Below are positions 50,263 through 59,709 of a DNA stretch of 64,000 nt, in pieces. A program made the translations under genes and the position numbers. The stretch lies in assembly GCA_964463915.1 (NCBI GenBank), contig CAYXEH010000002.1, positions 22,038 through 86,037 on the forward strand, read 5' to 3'. The notes beneath the pieces were generated by a model. That model was given only the letters and a program-made list of their open reading frames with translations, did no database searches and had not been told where the DNA came from. Origin of the DNA: an uncultured Bacteroidales bacterium (GTDB lineage: Bacteria; Bacteroidota; Bacteroidia; Bacteroidales; UBA7960). The first letter of the stretch is position 1. Each line of letters opens with the position of its first letter.

Positions 50263-52842
50263 TCAGGTTCCCATGATCTGCCCAAAGAACAATGAATTCA
50301 TGAACAGTTTACTGTTGCCAAACCAGAACCCCCTGAAGTTGGGATTATGGATAATAGAAACCACTGTGCCCCGTCCTGAGCGATTGACCTGAACCCCTGA
50401 TGAGCCATCCATCACATTCAGGTAGGGCTCCCATACATAGCCACTCACCAGGGAATTCTCATTGAATACCACGGGATTGGCAAAAGGATTATCATTGGGT
50501 TTTGCCCCGAATGTACCTGATACATACACAGGCAAGGATTCTCTCCGGTAACCATATCCCACCGGATGGGTGGTGTCCAGACTGGTCATGAAAATACTCC
50601 CGGATATTCTCCTCGCACCACGGATGTCCCCTCGCATATAATAGGGTAAACGTCCCTCTTCTTCAATGTCAGGGGTGGAAAGAAACTCCATATCAATAAA
50701 ATCATTGCGTTCGAGCCACCTGTTGGCACTGCCGACAGCCACGATGGTTCCACCTGAGCGCACCCAGTCAGAAAGGGCCTCCCGGCCGGAGTCACCCAGT
50801 CCGTTAAAAGAACCCGATACCATCACGATCACATTATAACGGTTCAGATTTGTGGATGAAATGCGGTCCAGTTCAACCTTGGTCACAGGCATGTGGAAGC
50901 GCTGATCCAGCATATGCCATACTTCGCCGGCACTACTGCTGCTGGTACCTGAACCGATAAGCATCAGCACCTCAGGCTTGCGTAAAGAGGCAAAACTACC
51001 ACTTCCAAGGTTAATGCCTTCATCCACAAGGCTGGACCGTACAGGATGAATGGTGATCCCGGTCTCAGCTGCGGCCTCGTTAATAATTTCATATACCCTT
51101 GATTGATCTATATCCTGGGTTTGTACGGGTACCATGATGGACCCGAAATTAAACTCTTTGGGTCCGTCAGCCAGTGGCATAGTGAAGGGTTCTGTGGCCA
51201 CATGTGTGCGAAGCCCCTGGTTCTGCAAGTAATAAAGTGCTTTCGGAGCATAATAGTCGTCCCACTCAAACAGGTAGGCGACATGGCTTTCCCCGCCTTC
51301 TACACGACCTTCCGGAAGCCCGATCTCTTCGACCACATTGTCCTGAATATTCCGCAGCTGCCTTGCTGAGGAAACTTTTCCGTAGGGCATGTTAAAGGCA
51401 TAAGGCAAAGTCCATGTAGACACATCATAAAAAAGACTGTCCTCGAATTCAACCATCCGTTCAAACATGGACTGAATAAGGCGGTATTGCTTCTGCTTCA
51501 AGGGCACAACCCAGGCACTGCCCGGTTCAAAATCCTGCCCGTCAATATGCACACTCTCCGAAATATCATAAAAATCAACCTGGTGGGTCTTCAGGATGTC
51601 ATGCAGGTGGTAATTTTTGCCCTGGTCATAGGAATCTCCAAAGATCCACGCTTCGAAGTCATCCTGTTCAGCTTCCTCAACTGCTGAGGCAAAGGTCCGG
51701 CGAAGATGCTCCAGCAGCGTCTCCCGCATTTCCAGGCTGGCCTCCAAAGACGACATGGAAACCAGCACCTGGTTACGGATGGTCTGTGCGAAGGGTATTA
51801 CACCATGTATGGTCTCCCGCAGGTGACCGCGGGTGGAAGCCTGCTCAAACAAGATACCGATACTGCCCTGTACATCCGGATAAGTAGAGCCTTTCCCGTA
51901 ATAAAAATCGTCGAATCCTTGCTGGGTATAATAAGTCTGACCGATCTCATCAAAGAATTTTGCATGATACTTACCCACTTCCATGGTCAGTTCATCAGTA
52001 ACATCCGGGGTGCGGGGGTTCACCCGCAAGGGTTCTCCGGGCTGGAAGAAAAAGGTGGAGCTGGAGCCGAACTCATGATGGTCAGTGTTGATATTGGGCA
52101 TCCACTCATGGTAAGCTTCCACGCGACCGCGGCTCTCGGGATGCTGGACCGGCAACCAGTCGCGGTTCAGGTCAAACCAGTAATGATTGGTTCTGGACCC
52201 GGGCCACACATCACGAAATTCCCGGTCATTGGGGTCAGGATTCAGTGTTTTGCTTTTATTGCGGTTCACCCAGCTGGCAAAACGGTCCTGCCCATCAGGG
52301 TTCAGTGAAGGATCTATCACAATCACCACATTCTCAAGAAGCTCCTGCACCTTTGCGCTTTGCCCGGCTGCCAGGTAATAGGCTACCAGTGGAGCGGCAT
52401 TGTGTGCACTCTGCTCGTTACCATGCACCCCGTAACCAAGGCGGACAACGGCTGGCATATTACTGACATCCAAATCTGCAGAGCGCTCCGGATCGGTCAG
52501 TGCCAGGTGATTGGCCTGTATCTCATCCAGGTTGCGCTGGTTTTCTTCGGATGTGATCACCAGGTGAACCAGCGGCCTGTGCTCATAGGTGCGGCCATAT
52601 TCGTAGATCATGGCCCGTTCCGAGGTTTCCGCAATACGCTCCATATACTGTACCATAAGCGCATGCTGAATATGCCATTCACCAGGCTGGTAACCCAGGA
52701 AATCTTCCGGGCTTGGCACATTGTCATCATAGGGAATGTCCTCAAGAAAATACGTTAGCGGACGGTTTGCCTGGAGCTGCAACACGGCAAAACCAAGCAT
52801 AAGGGAAATAACCACCGCTGCTTTAATAAAAATATGCTTCAT
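50263..52842 (-). CDS. M14-family zinc carboxypeptidase-domain protein (secreted)
   Basis: Signal peptide MKHIFIKAAVVISLMLGFAVLQLQA. Zinc motif region YGVHGNEQSAHNAA. Large C-terminal extension. Confidence 0.8.
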   Translation of the reverse strand: MKHIFIKAAVVISLMLGFAVLQLQANRPLTYFLEDIPYDDNVPSPEDFLGYQPGEWHIQHALMVQYMERIAETSERAMIYEYGRTYEHRPLVHLVITSEENQRNLDEIQANHLALTDPERSADLDVSNMPAVVRLGYGVHGNEQSAHNAAPLVAYYLAAGQSAKVQELLENVVIVIDPSLNPDGQDRFASWVNRNKSKTLNPDPNDREFRDVWPGSRTNHYWFDLNRDWLPVQHPESRGRVEAYHEWMPNINTDHHEFGSSSTFFFQPGEPLRVNPRTPDVTDELTMEVGKYHAKFFDEIGQTYYTQQGFDDFYYGKGSTYPDVQGSIGILFEQASTRGHLRETIHGVIPFAQTIRNQVLVSMSSLEASLEMRETLLEHLRRTFASAVEEAEQDDFEAWIFGDSYDQGKNYHLHDILKTHQVDFYDISESVHIDGQDFEPGSAWVVPLKQKQYRLIQSMFERMVEFEDSLFYDVSTWTLPYAFNMPYGKVSSARQLRNIQDNVVEEIGLPEGRVEGGESHVAYLFEWDDYYAPKALYYLQNQGLRTHVATEPFTMPLADGPKEFNFGSIMVPVQTQDIDQSRVYEIINEAAAETGITIHPVRSSLVDEGINLGSGSFASLRKPEVLMLIGSGTSSSSAGEVWHMLDQRFHMPVTKVELDRISSTNLNRYNVIVMVSGSFNGLGDSGREALSDWVRSGGTIVAVGSANRWLERNDFIDMEFLSTPDIEEEGRLPYYMRGDIRGARRISGSIFMTSLDTTHPVGYGYRRESLPVYVSGTFGAKPNDNPFANPVVFNENSLVSGYVWEPYLNVMDGSSGVQVNRSGRGTVVSIIHNPNFRGFWFGNSKLFMNSLFFGQIMGT

Positions 52843-53034
52843 GTTTGTAGTTGGTTAGTAGGATTAGGTTAGTAAATAACTAGAGAGATCTTTCCGATCC
52901 CCGACAAATATAAACAGAAAAATAAACTATCAAAACCCGGCACCAGGCCGGAAATCAGCAATCAGGGACATTTGGGAAGTTTTTAATCCCATTGGTCGAA
53001 GCTGTTTTACAATTCAGGCCGAAATTGCTGTTTT

Positions 53035-54015
53035 TTACAAGGCAAGAATTTCTGCTATACTATGCAGTTCCACATTAATGGGCTGGTGGTATTTCACCGT
53101 TTTCTCCAGGGGGGTGAATTCAATTTTCCGGTTAATGGAACCCACCATCACCCCGTTCCGGCCATCCATCAATCCCTTTACAGCCTGAAAGCCCATCCCG
53201 CTGGCCAGCACCCTGTCAAATGCAGAGGGGGCTCCGCCCCGCTGTATGTGACCCAAAATAGACACACGTATATCGTAGTCCGGGAAACGTTTTTTGATAT
53301 TCCTCTCCACTTCCAGGGCCCCGCCAAAATCATCCCCTTCCGCCACAATGATAATACCGGCTCCTTCATCATGTGATTTACCCCTGGCAAGGGAATCATA
53401 CAGATCCTCAATAAAAGTTTTGGCCTCCGGAATCAGGATCTTTTCCGCCCCGGTGGCAATGCCACTTCGAAGTGCGATGAAGCCTGCATCCCGACCCATC
53501 ACTTCAACGACAAAAAGCCGGTCATGTGAGTGGGCCGTATCACGGATCTTGTCAACAGCAGTTACCACAGTATTCACGGCAGTATCATAACCAATGGTAT
53601 AATCAGTACCATACAGGTCGTTGTCAATGGTCCCGGGCAAGCCGATTACAGGAATGCCGAATTCTTTTCCAAACACCCTTGCTCCGGTAAGGGTTCCGTC
53701 ACCACCGATGGCAACCAGGGCATCAATGCCCCGTGCCTTCATAGTATCAAAGGCTTTCTGACGGCCCTCCTTTGTTTTAAATGCATCACAGCGTGCACTT
53801 TTAAGGATGGTGCCCCCGCGATGAATGATGTTGTAGACATCCTGGCCGTTCAGTGGCCTGATATGATCCTCAATCAGCCCAAGGAAACCTTTCTGTATTC
53901 CCAGCACTTCCTTTTCATAGTGAAGACCGGCCTTTACCACCGCACGGATCGCGGCATTCATTCCAGGGGCGTCGCCACCGGAAGTCAATACACCGATTTT
54001 ATTGATGCTTTCCAT
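53035..54015 (-). CDS. pfkA: ATP-dependent 6-phosphofructokinase
   Basis: The ATG at 54015 gives MESINKIGVLTSGGDAPGMNAAIRAV. GGDGT and PGTIDND motifs. Confidence 0.92.
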   Translation of the reverse strand: MESINKIGVLTSGGDAPGMNAAIRAVVKAGLHYEKEVLGIQKGFLGLIEDHIRPLNGQDVYNIIHRGGTILKSARCDAFKTKEGRQKAFDTMKARGIDALVAIGGDGTLTGARVFGKEFGIPVIGLPGTIDNDLYGTDYTIGYDTAVNTVVTAVDKIRDTAHSHDRLFVVEVMGRDAGFIALRSGIATGAEKILIPEAKTFIEDLYDSLARGKSHDEGAGIIIVAEGDDFGGALEVERNIKKRFPDYDIRVSILGHIQRGGAPSAFDRVLASGMGFQAVKGLMDGRNGVMVGSINRKIEFTPLEKTVKYHQPINVELHSIAEILAL

Positions 54016-54051
54016 TGCCTTAAAAGATTGGTAAGTCACAAAGATATGAAT

Positions 54052-54213
54052 TTTTCACCGGGTTCTGTGGGCTCAACGGGTTTGAGAGACTGGCCGGGCT
54101 CAATGGATTCGCCTGGTTTGATGGATTAGCCGGACTCACCAATTCTACCAGGTACACCAGATTCACCGGATTCACCGGATTCGATGAGCTCACCAGGTTT
54201 TCAGGGTTGAGGG
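54052..54213. repeat. degenerate 9-bp tandem repeat, about 18 units (consensus g-r-y-t-c-a-c-c-g)
   Basis: Strict 9-nt phasing from 54052. The unit gattcaccg is repeated exactly at 54160..54177. Lies in the divergent pfkA/marR intergenic region. Confidence 0.8.
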
Positions 54214-54336
54214 CATTTGGTTATTCTTTCATAATATTTCCGTAAATAATCAGGGAACAGATATACTTTCCGGTTTCAAATGAAACCAAATGTTCAGAAA
54301 ATTTTCCTGTATTTTTGCACCAGAAATCAATACCTC

Positions 54337-54771
54337 ATGCAATACCATTTTGACCATTCCCTGGGAAGGATTACCCAACAAATTTCAAGGGCACTTGGAA
54401 AGCGTTTTGAACAAAAATGCAGGAATCAGGGTATCCGGATCCGGCCTGATCAATGGACGGTCATCTCTCTTTTATTCCACAAGGGATCCATGCCCCAAAA
54501 CAAAATCGGAGATCTGCTGTACATAGACAAAGTAGCCGTTTCAAGAACCATTGAACGACTGGAAGAAAGGAATTTGGTCGTACAGGAGGTACCCGGAAAT
54601 GACAAACGGATGCGTATGGTGAAACTGACTTCTTCAGGAACGGAAATTTACCACCAGCTAAGCCCGTTGGCAGGAGAGACCATCACTGAGGCCCTGGAAG
54701 ACCTGAAAGAAGACGAAACCAGCCAGCTTTTCGAAAGCCTGGAAAAGATCAAAATCAGGCTGGGCTGCTAA
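54337..54771 (+). CDS. MarR-family transcriptional regulator
   Basis: The ATG at 54337 (MQYHFDHSLGRITQQISRAL). Winged-HTH QNKIGDLLYIDKVAVSRTIERLEERNLV. Confidence 0.85.
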   Translation: MQYHFDHSLGRITQQISRALGKRFEQKCRNQGIRIRPDQWTVISLLFHKGSMPQNKIGDLLYIDKVAVSRTIERLEERNLVVQEVPGNDKRMRMVKLTSSGTEIYHQLSPLAGETITEALEDLKEDETSQLFESLEKIKIRLGC

Positions 54772-55673
54772 CCTTTGGCCTTTTCCCGGTAATATTCAGC
54801 CTTTTTCTCATTTTGTAAGCGCTCATAGATATTGGCAATGGAACTGGCATATTCGGGCAGAGGCTCCTGCTCAAACAAACGCTTAAAATAATCCAGGGCA
54901 ATATGCAGGTCCGTATTTACAATCTCCAAAGCCTCCAGCAGTTGCGCATATTGCCGGTGAGTGCGGTTTTCCTCATAGGCCGCCATTTCCCTGTTATAAC
55001 GCTCATCGGCTTCCTGTAAATGTTTTCTGGCGAGCCACTCAAGTGCTGTAACATTGTAAGGATACACTTCCAGAATTCCTTCCGCGAGATCCGTCACACT
55101 CTCCTCGTAACCAAGCTCCTGGCTCACTTGCATGTAAGCTGCCATCATATCCTCATCCTGCCGGTAGGATTGCTTAAGTTCAGGCCATAATTCATAGGCC
55201 CTCCTGAAATTTTTGCTTTCTGCCAATGTTTCAAACAGCATGGCCCGCATCTCATCAATCTCCTCCGCGTCAGGATAATTTTCCACGTAATTCTCCAGAG
55301 AGGTGATCTCCAGCGATAAATTGTCAATTTCGCGGTAGGATCTGGCCAAAGCAGCGTAGGTGGCGGCATCGGCATGTTCTGTTCTCCGGATCTCCCCCAG
55401 GTAGTCAAGGGTTTTCCGGGTATCACCGAGTTTATAAGCCAGCAATCCGGCCCTTCTGTATACCCGGGGCGGAACCTTTTCTTCCTGCTCTCCATAGGCC
55501 GCGATCACCTCCTCATAAGCAGCCAGGGCTTCAGCAGGATCTCCGGTTTCATATATTTGATCGGCAGCCTCAGCCTTTTCATCCAGCTGATGAAGGGCAG
55601 CACAGGCTCCGGTAATGAACAGTAATACAAACAGAATAATAAAAACGCGAAAAATTCTCTTTTTGTGTAACAT
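54768..55673 (-). CDS. TPR-repeat lipoprotein (function unknown)
   Basis: The ATG at 55673 gives MLHKKRIFRVFIILFVLLFITGACAA (lipobox). Helical TPR-like repeats rich in Y/A/E. 4-nt convergent overlap with marR. Confidence 0.65.
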   Translation of the reverse strand: MLHKKRIFRVFIILFVLLFITGACAALHQLDEKAEAADQIYETGDPAEALAAYEEVIAAYGEQEEKVPPRVYRRAGLLAYKLGDTRKTLDYLGEIRRTEHADAATYAALARSYREIDNLSLEITSLENYVENYPDAEEIDEMRAMLFETLAESKNFRRAYELWPELKQSYRQDEDMMAAYMQVSQELGYEESVTDLAEGILEVYPYNVTALEWLARKHLQEADERYNREMAAYEENRTHRQYAQLLEALEIVNTDLHIALDYFKRLFEQEPLPEYASSIANIYERLQNEKKAEYYREKAKG

Positions 55674-55812
55674 ATAATGACTGACTTGATTTGGCATTTG
55701 TTTATCCGGGTAAAGAAAAGACCACAAAAGTACCGATTTATTATTTGCAACCTTTTGCCTAAATTTATCGTCTGACAAATAGTTATCGGAATCGTCATCA
55801 AAAATTAAACCA

Positions 55813-56643
55813 ATGTATCCATTCAGGCATAATTTCACAACATCCCGTCAGAATTACACGAATAGTACTTCTGGGTTGTTTTTCCTGGCACTGGTGTTGT
55901 TGTTTCTTTTCTCAGGATGCGAAAAAATCACAGATCCCGACCCTGACAAACTCCCGGCAAAATTGAAGTTTGACTTTAGCATGACAGATTTTGAATTGTC
56001 AGGAGATAAAGACCTGCAAAACGGCCAGACTGAAATGATAAAGGTAAGTAATCAGACAGCATACAATCCTGACGCAGGCCGCCCTGACCGTTTTGTGCTG
56101 GACAGCGGCACCATGGTTATTGAAAACATTGAATTCGAGGGCAGACGAATCCAGGGACAGGAACACATTTATTTCAAAACCGATTTTTCTTCGGCCTTCG
56201 AAGTTGACCTTTCTGATCCGGCCGCACAACCGGATATATCTTTTGATATCCCACAAGGCAATTATTATCTGATTGAGATCATATTGCACCTGGGAACCGA
56301 TAATCTCTCGTCACTGGTTATGCAGGGGAACTATACACATCCTGCCCATGGCGATATTCCGGTCATTTATGATTACAGCCCCAGGGAGCAGATCCGCATC
56401 CGGGCAAAACTCAGGGGAGATCAGAATAGTTTCGCACTGGCCAAAGAAAAGGACTCACAGGGACGAATCGAACTGGACACAGATTCCCTGATGCGGCTGG
56501 TCAATTACGGCATGATCGTCAATGCCCTGGTGGCAGATGCCAACGGTGAAGAAGTTTTTCTGATCAATGAAACCATCAATCCTGGCTTGTTTAACAATAT
56601 ATCAACCAGGTTGCCAAACGCTTTTACGCTTGTTATTGAATAG
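55813..56643 (+). CDS. hypothetical lipoprotein (DUF4382-like beta-rich protein)
   Basis: Lipobox LLFLFSGCEK. Beta-rich. Immediately upstream of the ECF sigma gene. Confidence 0.55.
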   Translation: MYPFRHNFTTSRQNYTNSTSGLFFLALVLLFLFSGCEKITDPDPDKLPAKLKFDFSMTDFELSGDKDLQNGQTEMIKVSNQTAYNPDAGRPDRFVLDSGTMVIENIEFEGRRIQGQEHIYFKTDFSSAFEVDLSDPAAQPDISFDIPQGNYYLIEIILHLGTDNLSSLVMQGNYTHPAHGDIPVIYDYSPREQIRIRAKLRGDQNSFALAKEKDSQGRIELDTDSLMRLVNYGMIVNALVADANGEEVFLINETINPGLFNNISTRLPNAFTLVIE

Positions 56644-56651
56644 GATACTTT

Positions 56652-57197
56652 ATGCGGCTGGATCTTTACCCCCAGGAGAAGATCCTGGAAGGATGTAAGA
56701 AAAATGACAGACACTTCCAGGAGGTATTGTACCGCAAGTATGCCAGCAAAATGTATGGCATATGTATGGGGTATGCAGGAGAGCGTCCACTTGCACAGGA
56801 TATGTTACAGGAGGCTTTTGTAAAGGTATTCAGGCATATCGGGGATTACAGCGGGAAGGGATCATTGGAAGGATGGATTCGGCGGATCGTTACCAATACC
56901 GCCATTGACATCCTGCGAAAGAAACAAAGGACAGATTTATTCATTGAAAATGAAGTAGCGGAACAAAGCCCTGGCCCGAACAAATGGAACGCTCCAAATC
57001 ATATGGAAACAGGAGACATTCTGAAACAGGTAAAAAGGTTGCCCGAAGGAGCACGCATCGTCTTCAATCTATATGCAGTGGAAGGTTACTCCCATAAAGA
57101 GATCGCTGAAAAGCTCCACATTACTGCCGGCACCTCTAAATCACAATACAGCCGTGCCAGGATGCTGCTGCAACAGTGGGTGGATAAACCAATTTAA
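56652..57197 (+). CDS. ECF-subfamily RNA polymerase sigma-70 factor
   Basis: Region 2 DMLQEAFVKVFRHI. Region 4 HTH EGYSHKEIAEKLHITAGTSKSQYSRAR. Confidence 0.9.
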   Translation: MRLDLYPQEKILEGCKKNDRHFQEVLYRKYASKMYGICMGYAGERPLAQDMLQEAFVKVFRHIGDYSGKGSLEGWIRRIVTNTAIDILRKKQRTDLFIENEVAEQSPGPNKWNAPNHMETGDILKQVKRLPEGARIVFNLYAVEGYSHKEIAEKLHITAGTSKSQYSRARMLLQQWVDKPI

Positions 57198-57202
57198 ACG
57201 TC

Positions 57203-58378
57203 ATGGATTTTAATCAACGATACAAGCAATGGATGGAATCCGGCCGGGAAGCCCCCCCTGAAAAAGTCTGGGAAGGAATACAGGACGAACTGGACGTGGA
57301 TAAAGTATGGGGAAGAGTGGAAGACAGCCTGAATGCCAGCAAAAGAAATACCCCCTTTATGCTCCGTGCAATTGCCGCCTCCTTCCTGTTACTTCTGATC
57401 TCCGCCACCACACTCTACTATTTCACCCTTTCAGATCATATTGAACCGGGCAGGCCACAGTTGTCAGATCGTCCGGGCACCCTCATACCAGAGCGGATAC
57501 CCGAATCCCAACCCGAACATATCCCCGGTTCAGCCTCACCCGCGACCTTACAACTGGCGGAAGGTGATATAATACAACAGGAAACGGTTACAGCCCAGAC
57601 CGATGATAACAGGGAAGCAGGACGGATATTTGCTGCTGCTCAGGATATCCCGGCCATGCTGCAGTCAAAACCAGGCAATGTGACCAACAGATCAAACGGG
57701 GAAAAGACCATTGACAACTATCTGGCTGCCAGACATGAAGATGACATACCGAAAAGAGATACCCCAGGGCAACGACCTGCTTTTTTCGTGGGGGTCAACG
57801 GGCAGATAGGAAATACCTGGATGCTCAACAGTAAAACCCTCGGGGGCTTATCCTCAAATGATATTACGGACACCCGCACCTCATACGGAGGGTCGTATGG
57901 GATCGTGGCGGGGGGCCGCCTGTTTCCACGACTGAGGGTACGGGCAGGGCTTGATCTTCTTGCACAAAACCGGCAGCGGTATAATGAGTACATCCGGGGG
58001 GAGTATGTATCAACAGAGTTTCAACTTGATTATTCAAAATTGTCCATACTCTTTTCTTTCACTCCATGGGAACACCGTCCATGGATAGTGCACGGGGGAG
58101 CCTACAGTGCATACATCCGTGATGCAGAGCAACAAATCAACGGGCAGGCGGAAAAGATATCAGGTCAATATACCAATACAGATTACGGATTGGTCGCCGG
58201 GCTGGGTTACCTTCATCCGACAGAGGGTCCATTTGAAATACACACGGGAATACTGGCCAATTACGGGCTGAAAAACGTATTTGCCGGAAATGATTACATC
58301 CCGTCGAGCCTGAACAATACCAGGTTAATTTCATTTCAGCTGAGCATCTCCCTTCACTATCACCTCAACAAGCCTTAA
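57203..58378 (+). CDS. putative anti-sigma factor with a C-terminal porin/PorT-like beta-barrel domain
   Basis: 5 nt after the sigma gene. Short cytoplasmic N-terminus, one TM (LRAIAASFLLLLISATTLYYF), a Pro-rich linker, and a ~200-aa C-terminus with beta-barrel-like alternating pattern (FFVGVNGQIGNTWM ... ISFQLSISLHYHL). Confidence 0.55.
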   Translation: MDFNQRYKQWMESGREAPPEKVWEGIQDELDVDKVWGRVEDSLNASKRNTPFMLRAIAASFLLLLISATTLYYFTLSDHIEPGRPQLSDRPGTLIPERIPESQPEHIPGSASPATLQLAEGDIIQQETVTAQTDDNREAGRIFAAAQDIPAMLQSKPGNVTNRSNGEKTIDNYLAARHEDDIPKRDTPGQRPAFFVGVNGQIGNTWMLNSKTLGGLSSNDITDTRTSYGGSYGIVAGGRLFPRLRVRAGLDLLAQNRQRYNEYIRGEYVSTEFQLDYSKLSILFSFTPWEHRPWIVHGGAYSAYIRDAEQQINGQAEKISGQYTNTDYGLVAGLGYLHPTEGPFEIHTGILANYGLKNVFAGNDYIPSSLNNTRLISFQLSISLHYHLNKP

Positions 58379-58595
58379 CTGAGATAGATTACTCTAAACA
58401 AACATCTTCTGTCCATCCTCCTGAAGCCATCCTCAGTTGCGTACACAAAGACCCTCAACCAGACCGGATCGATTCAATATGGTCTTAGCTGCATTCGGAG
58501 GAAACTCACGGCTGAACGTAATCCAAATCCATTACAACCATTTGGTATTTATGTACGTCTTGATAACAGAAACTATTCACCAAAAAACAGGAATT

Positions 58596-59504
58596 ATGTT
58601 AAGAAAATGGAAATTTGCTTTGCTTGCAGTATTGCCGGTCTTTTTTATGGCCGCGTGTGATGCAGACGAAAACACTATGGATGGAGAGAAAGGAGATCTG
58701 AAACTCTTCATGACCGATGCCCCCATTGAAACGGATGGCATTGAAAGCGTGTTCATTACTTTCACCGAAATACAGTACCAGACCGAGGACGGGGACTGGA
58801 GTACCTTTGACGAATTTGATGAACCTGTCGAGCTGGATCTCCTGGAACTGACAAGAGGGGAAACCGAGCTCCTTGGCCTCTTTGAGATGGAGCCCGGGGT
58901 ATACAACCAGATCAGGTTCATGCTTGACGCTCCTGAACGCGGACAGGGCCCTCCAAGCACACCAGGCAGCTATCTGGTGTTTGAAGATGGGTCTACCACT
59001 CCGTTGTTTGTTCCCAGCGGCGGACAATCCGGTTACAAAGCGGTCGGACAGTTTGAAATCCCGGCCAATGCCATCGCTGAGGTCACAGCCGACTTTGATG
59101 CAAGACGCTCAGTCGTACGCGCCGGGCAATCGGGCATGTATATTCTTAAGCCGACCATACGGCTGGTAAGCAACATCGTTTCCGGAAGAATCACCGGTGA
59201 TGTGGTCAACATTCCCGCAGAGTCCGAAATTATGGTATATGTCTACGAGTCCGGCACCTATACTGATAATGAAGCTTCAGAGCCTGCAGAGGAGGACATA
59301 CGTTTCCCGAATGCCATAAACAGCGACCAGGCTGATGAAGACGACAGTTACCACCTTGATTTCCTCAGAGAAGGCGATTATGACCTTGTGGTCACATCCG
59401 CGAATAGCGAAGGAGAATTTGTTGAAGTACTTGGCATGATTGAAGATGTGACTGTAGAAGCCGGGGAAACAACCATACTTGATATTGACATCGAGGAATT
59501 GTAG
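58596..59504 (+). CDS. DUF4382 domain-containing lipoprotein
   Basis: The ATG at 58596 gives MLRKWKFALLAVLPVFFMAAC. DUF4382-like DLKLFMTDAPIETDGIESVFITFTEIQY. Acidic C-terminus. Confidence 0.7.
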   Translation: MLRKWKFALLAVLPVFFMAACDADENTMDGEKGDLKLFMTDAPIETDGIESVFITFTEIQYQTEDGDWSTFDEFDEPVELDLLELTRGETELLGLFEMEPGVYNQIRFMLDAPERGQGPPSTPGSYLVFEDGSTTPLFVPSGGQSGYKAVGQFEIPANAIAEVTADFDARRSVVRAGQSGMYILKPTIRLVSNIVSGRITGDVVNIPAESEIMVYVYESGTYTDNEASEPAEEDIRFPNAINSDQADEDDSYHLDFLREGDYDLVVTSANSEGEFVEVLGMIEDVTVEAGETTILDIDIEEL

Positions 59505-59515
59505 GAACTATGAAC

Positions 59516-59536
59516 AGCCCTGCTGCAGGGCTTTAT
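59516..59536 (+). terminator. short terminator-like hairpin after the DUF4382 gene
   Basis: agccctg-ctg-cagggct followed by ttat, 12 nt after the stop codon. Confidence 0.4.
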
Positions 59537-59589
59537 AACAGCAGCATACAAAAACACGACCACCGGGTATTAACCAACCCGATTTCCAT

Positions 59590-59637
59590 GGCGATGGTTG
59601 CAGGCCAGTTCCTGGCAGCAATCATCGCCATTTTTTT
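59590..59637 (+). terminator. intrinsic terminator (long imperfect hairpin plus T7)
   Basis: ggcgatggttgcaggccag-ttc-ctggcagcaatcatcgcc (about 16 paired positions), followed by a, then ttttttt at 59631..59637. Confidence 0.6.
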
Positions 59638-59709
59638 GGATCCGGACTTCAGGCAAGGTACACGGACAACTCTGGATCCGGACTTCAGGCAAAGTACACA
59701 GGCAACTCT
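59638..59709. repeat. 2 x 36-nt direct tandem repeat
   Basis: ggatccggacttcaggcaaggtacacggacaactct versus ggatccggacttcaggcaaagtacacaggcaactct, 33/36 identical, head-to-tail. Confidence 0.9.

Noticed and set aside
52937-52951. Short GC hairpin (ccggc-accag-gccgg) as the pfkA terminator
   Set aside because: The stem is only 5 bp, with a 4-nt U-run on the minus strand. That is too weak to list as a feature.
59638-59709. Possible CRISPR-like repeat
   Set aside because: There are only two copies, directly abutting with no spacer, and no cas genes anywhere in the window.
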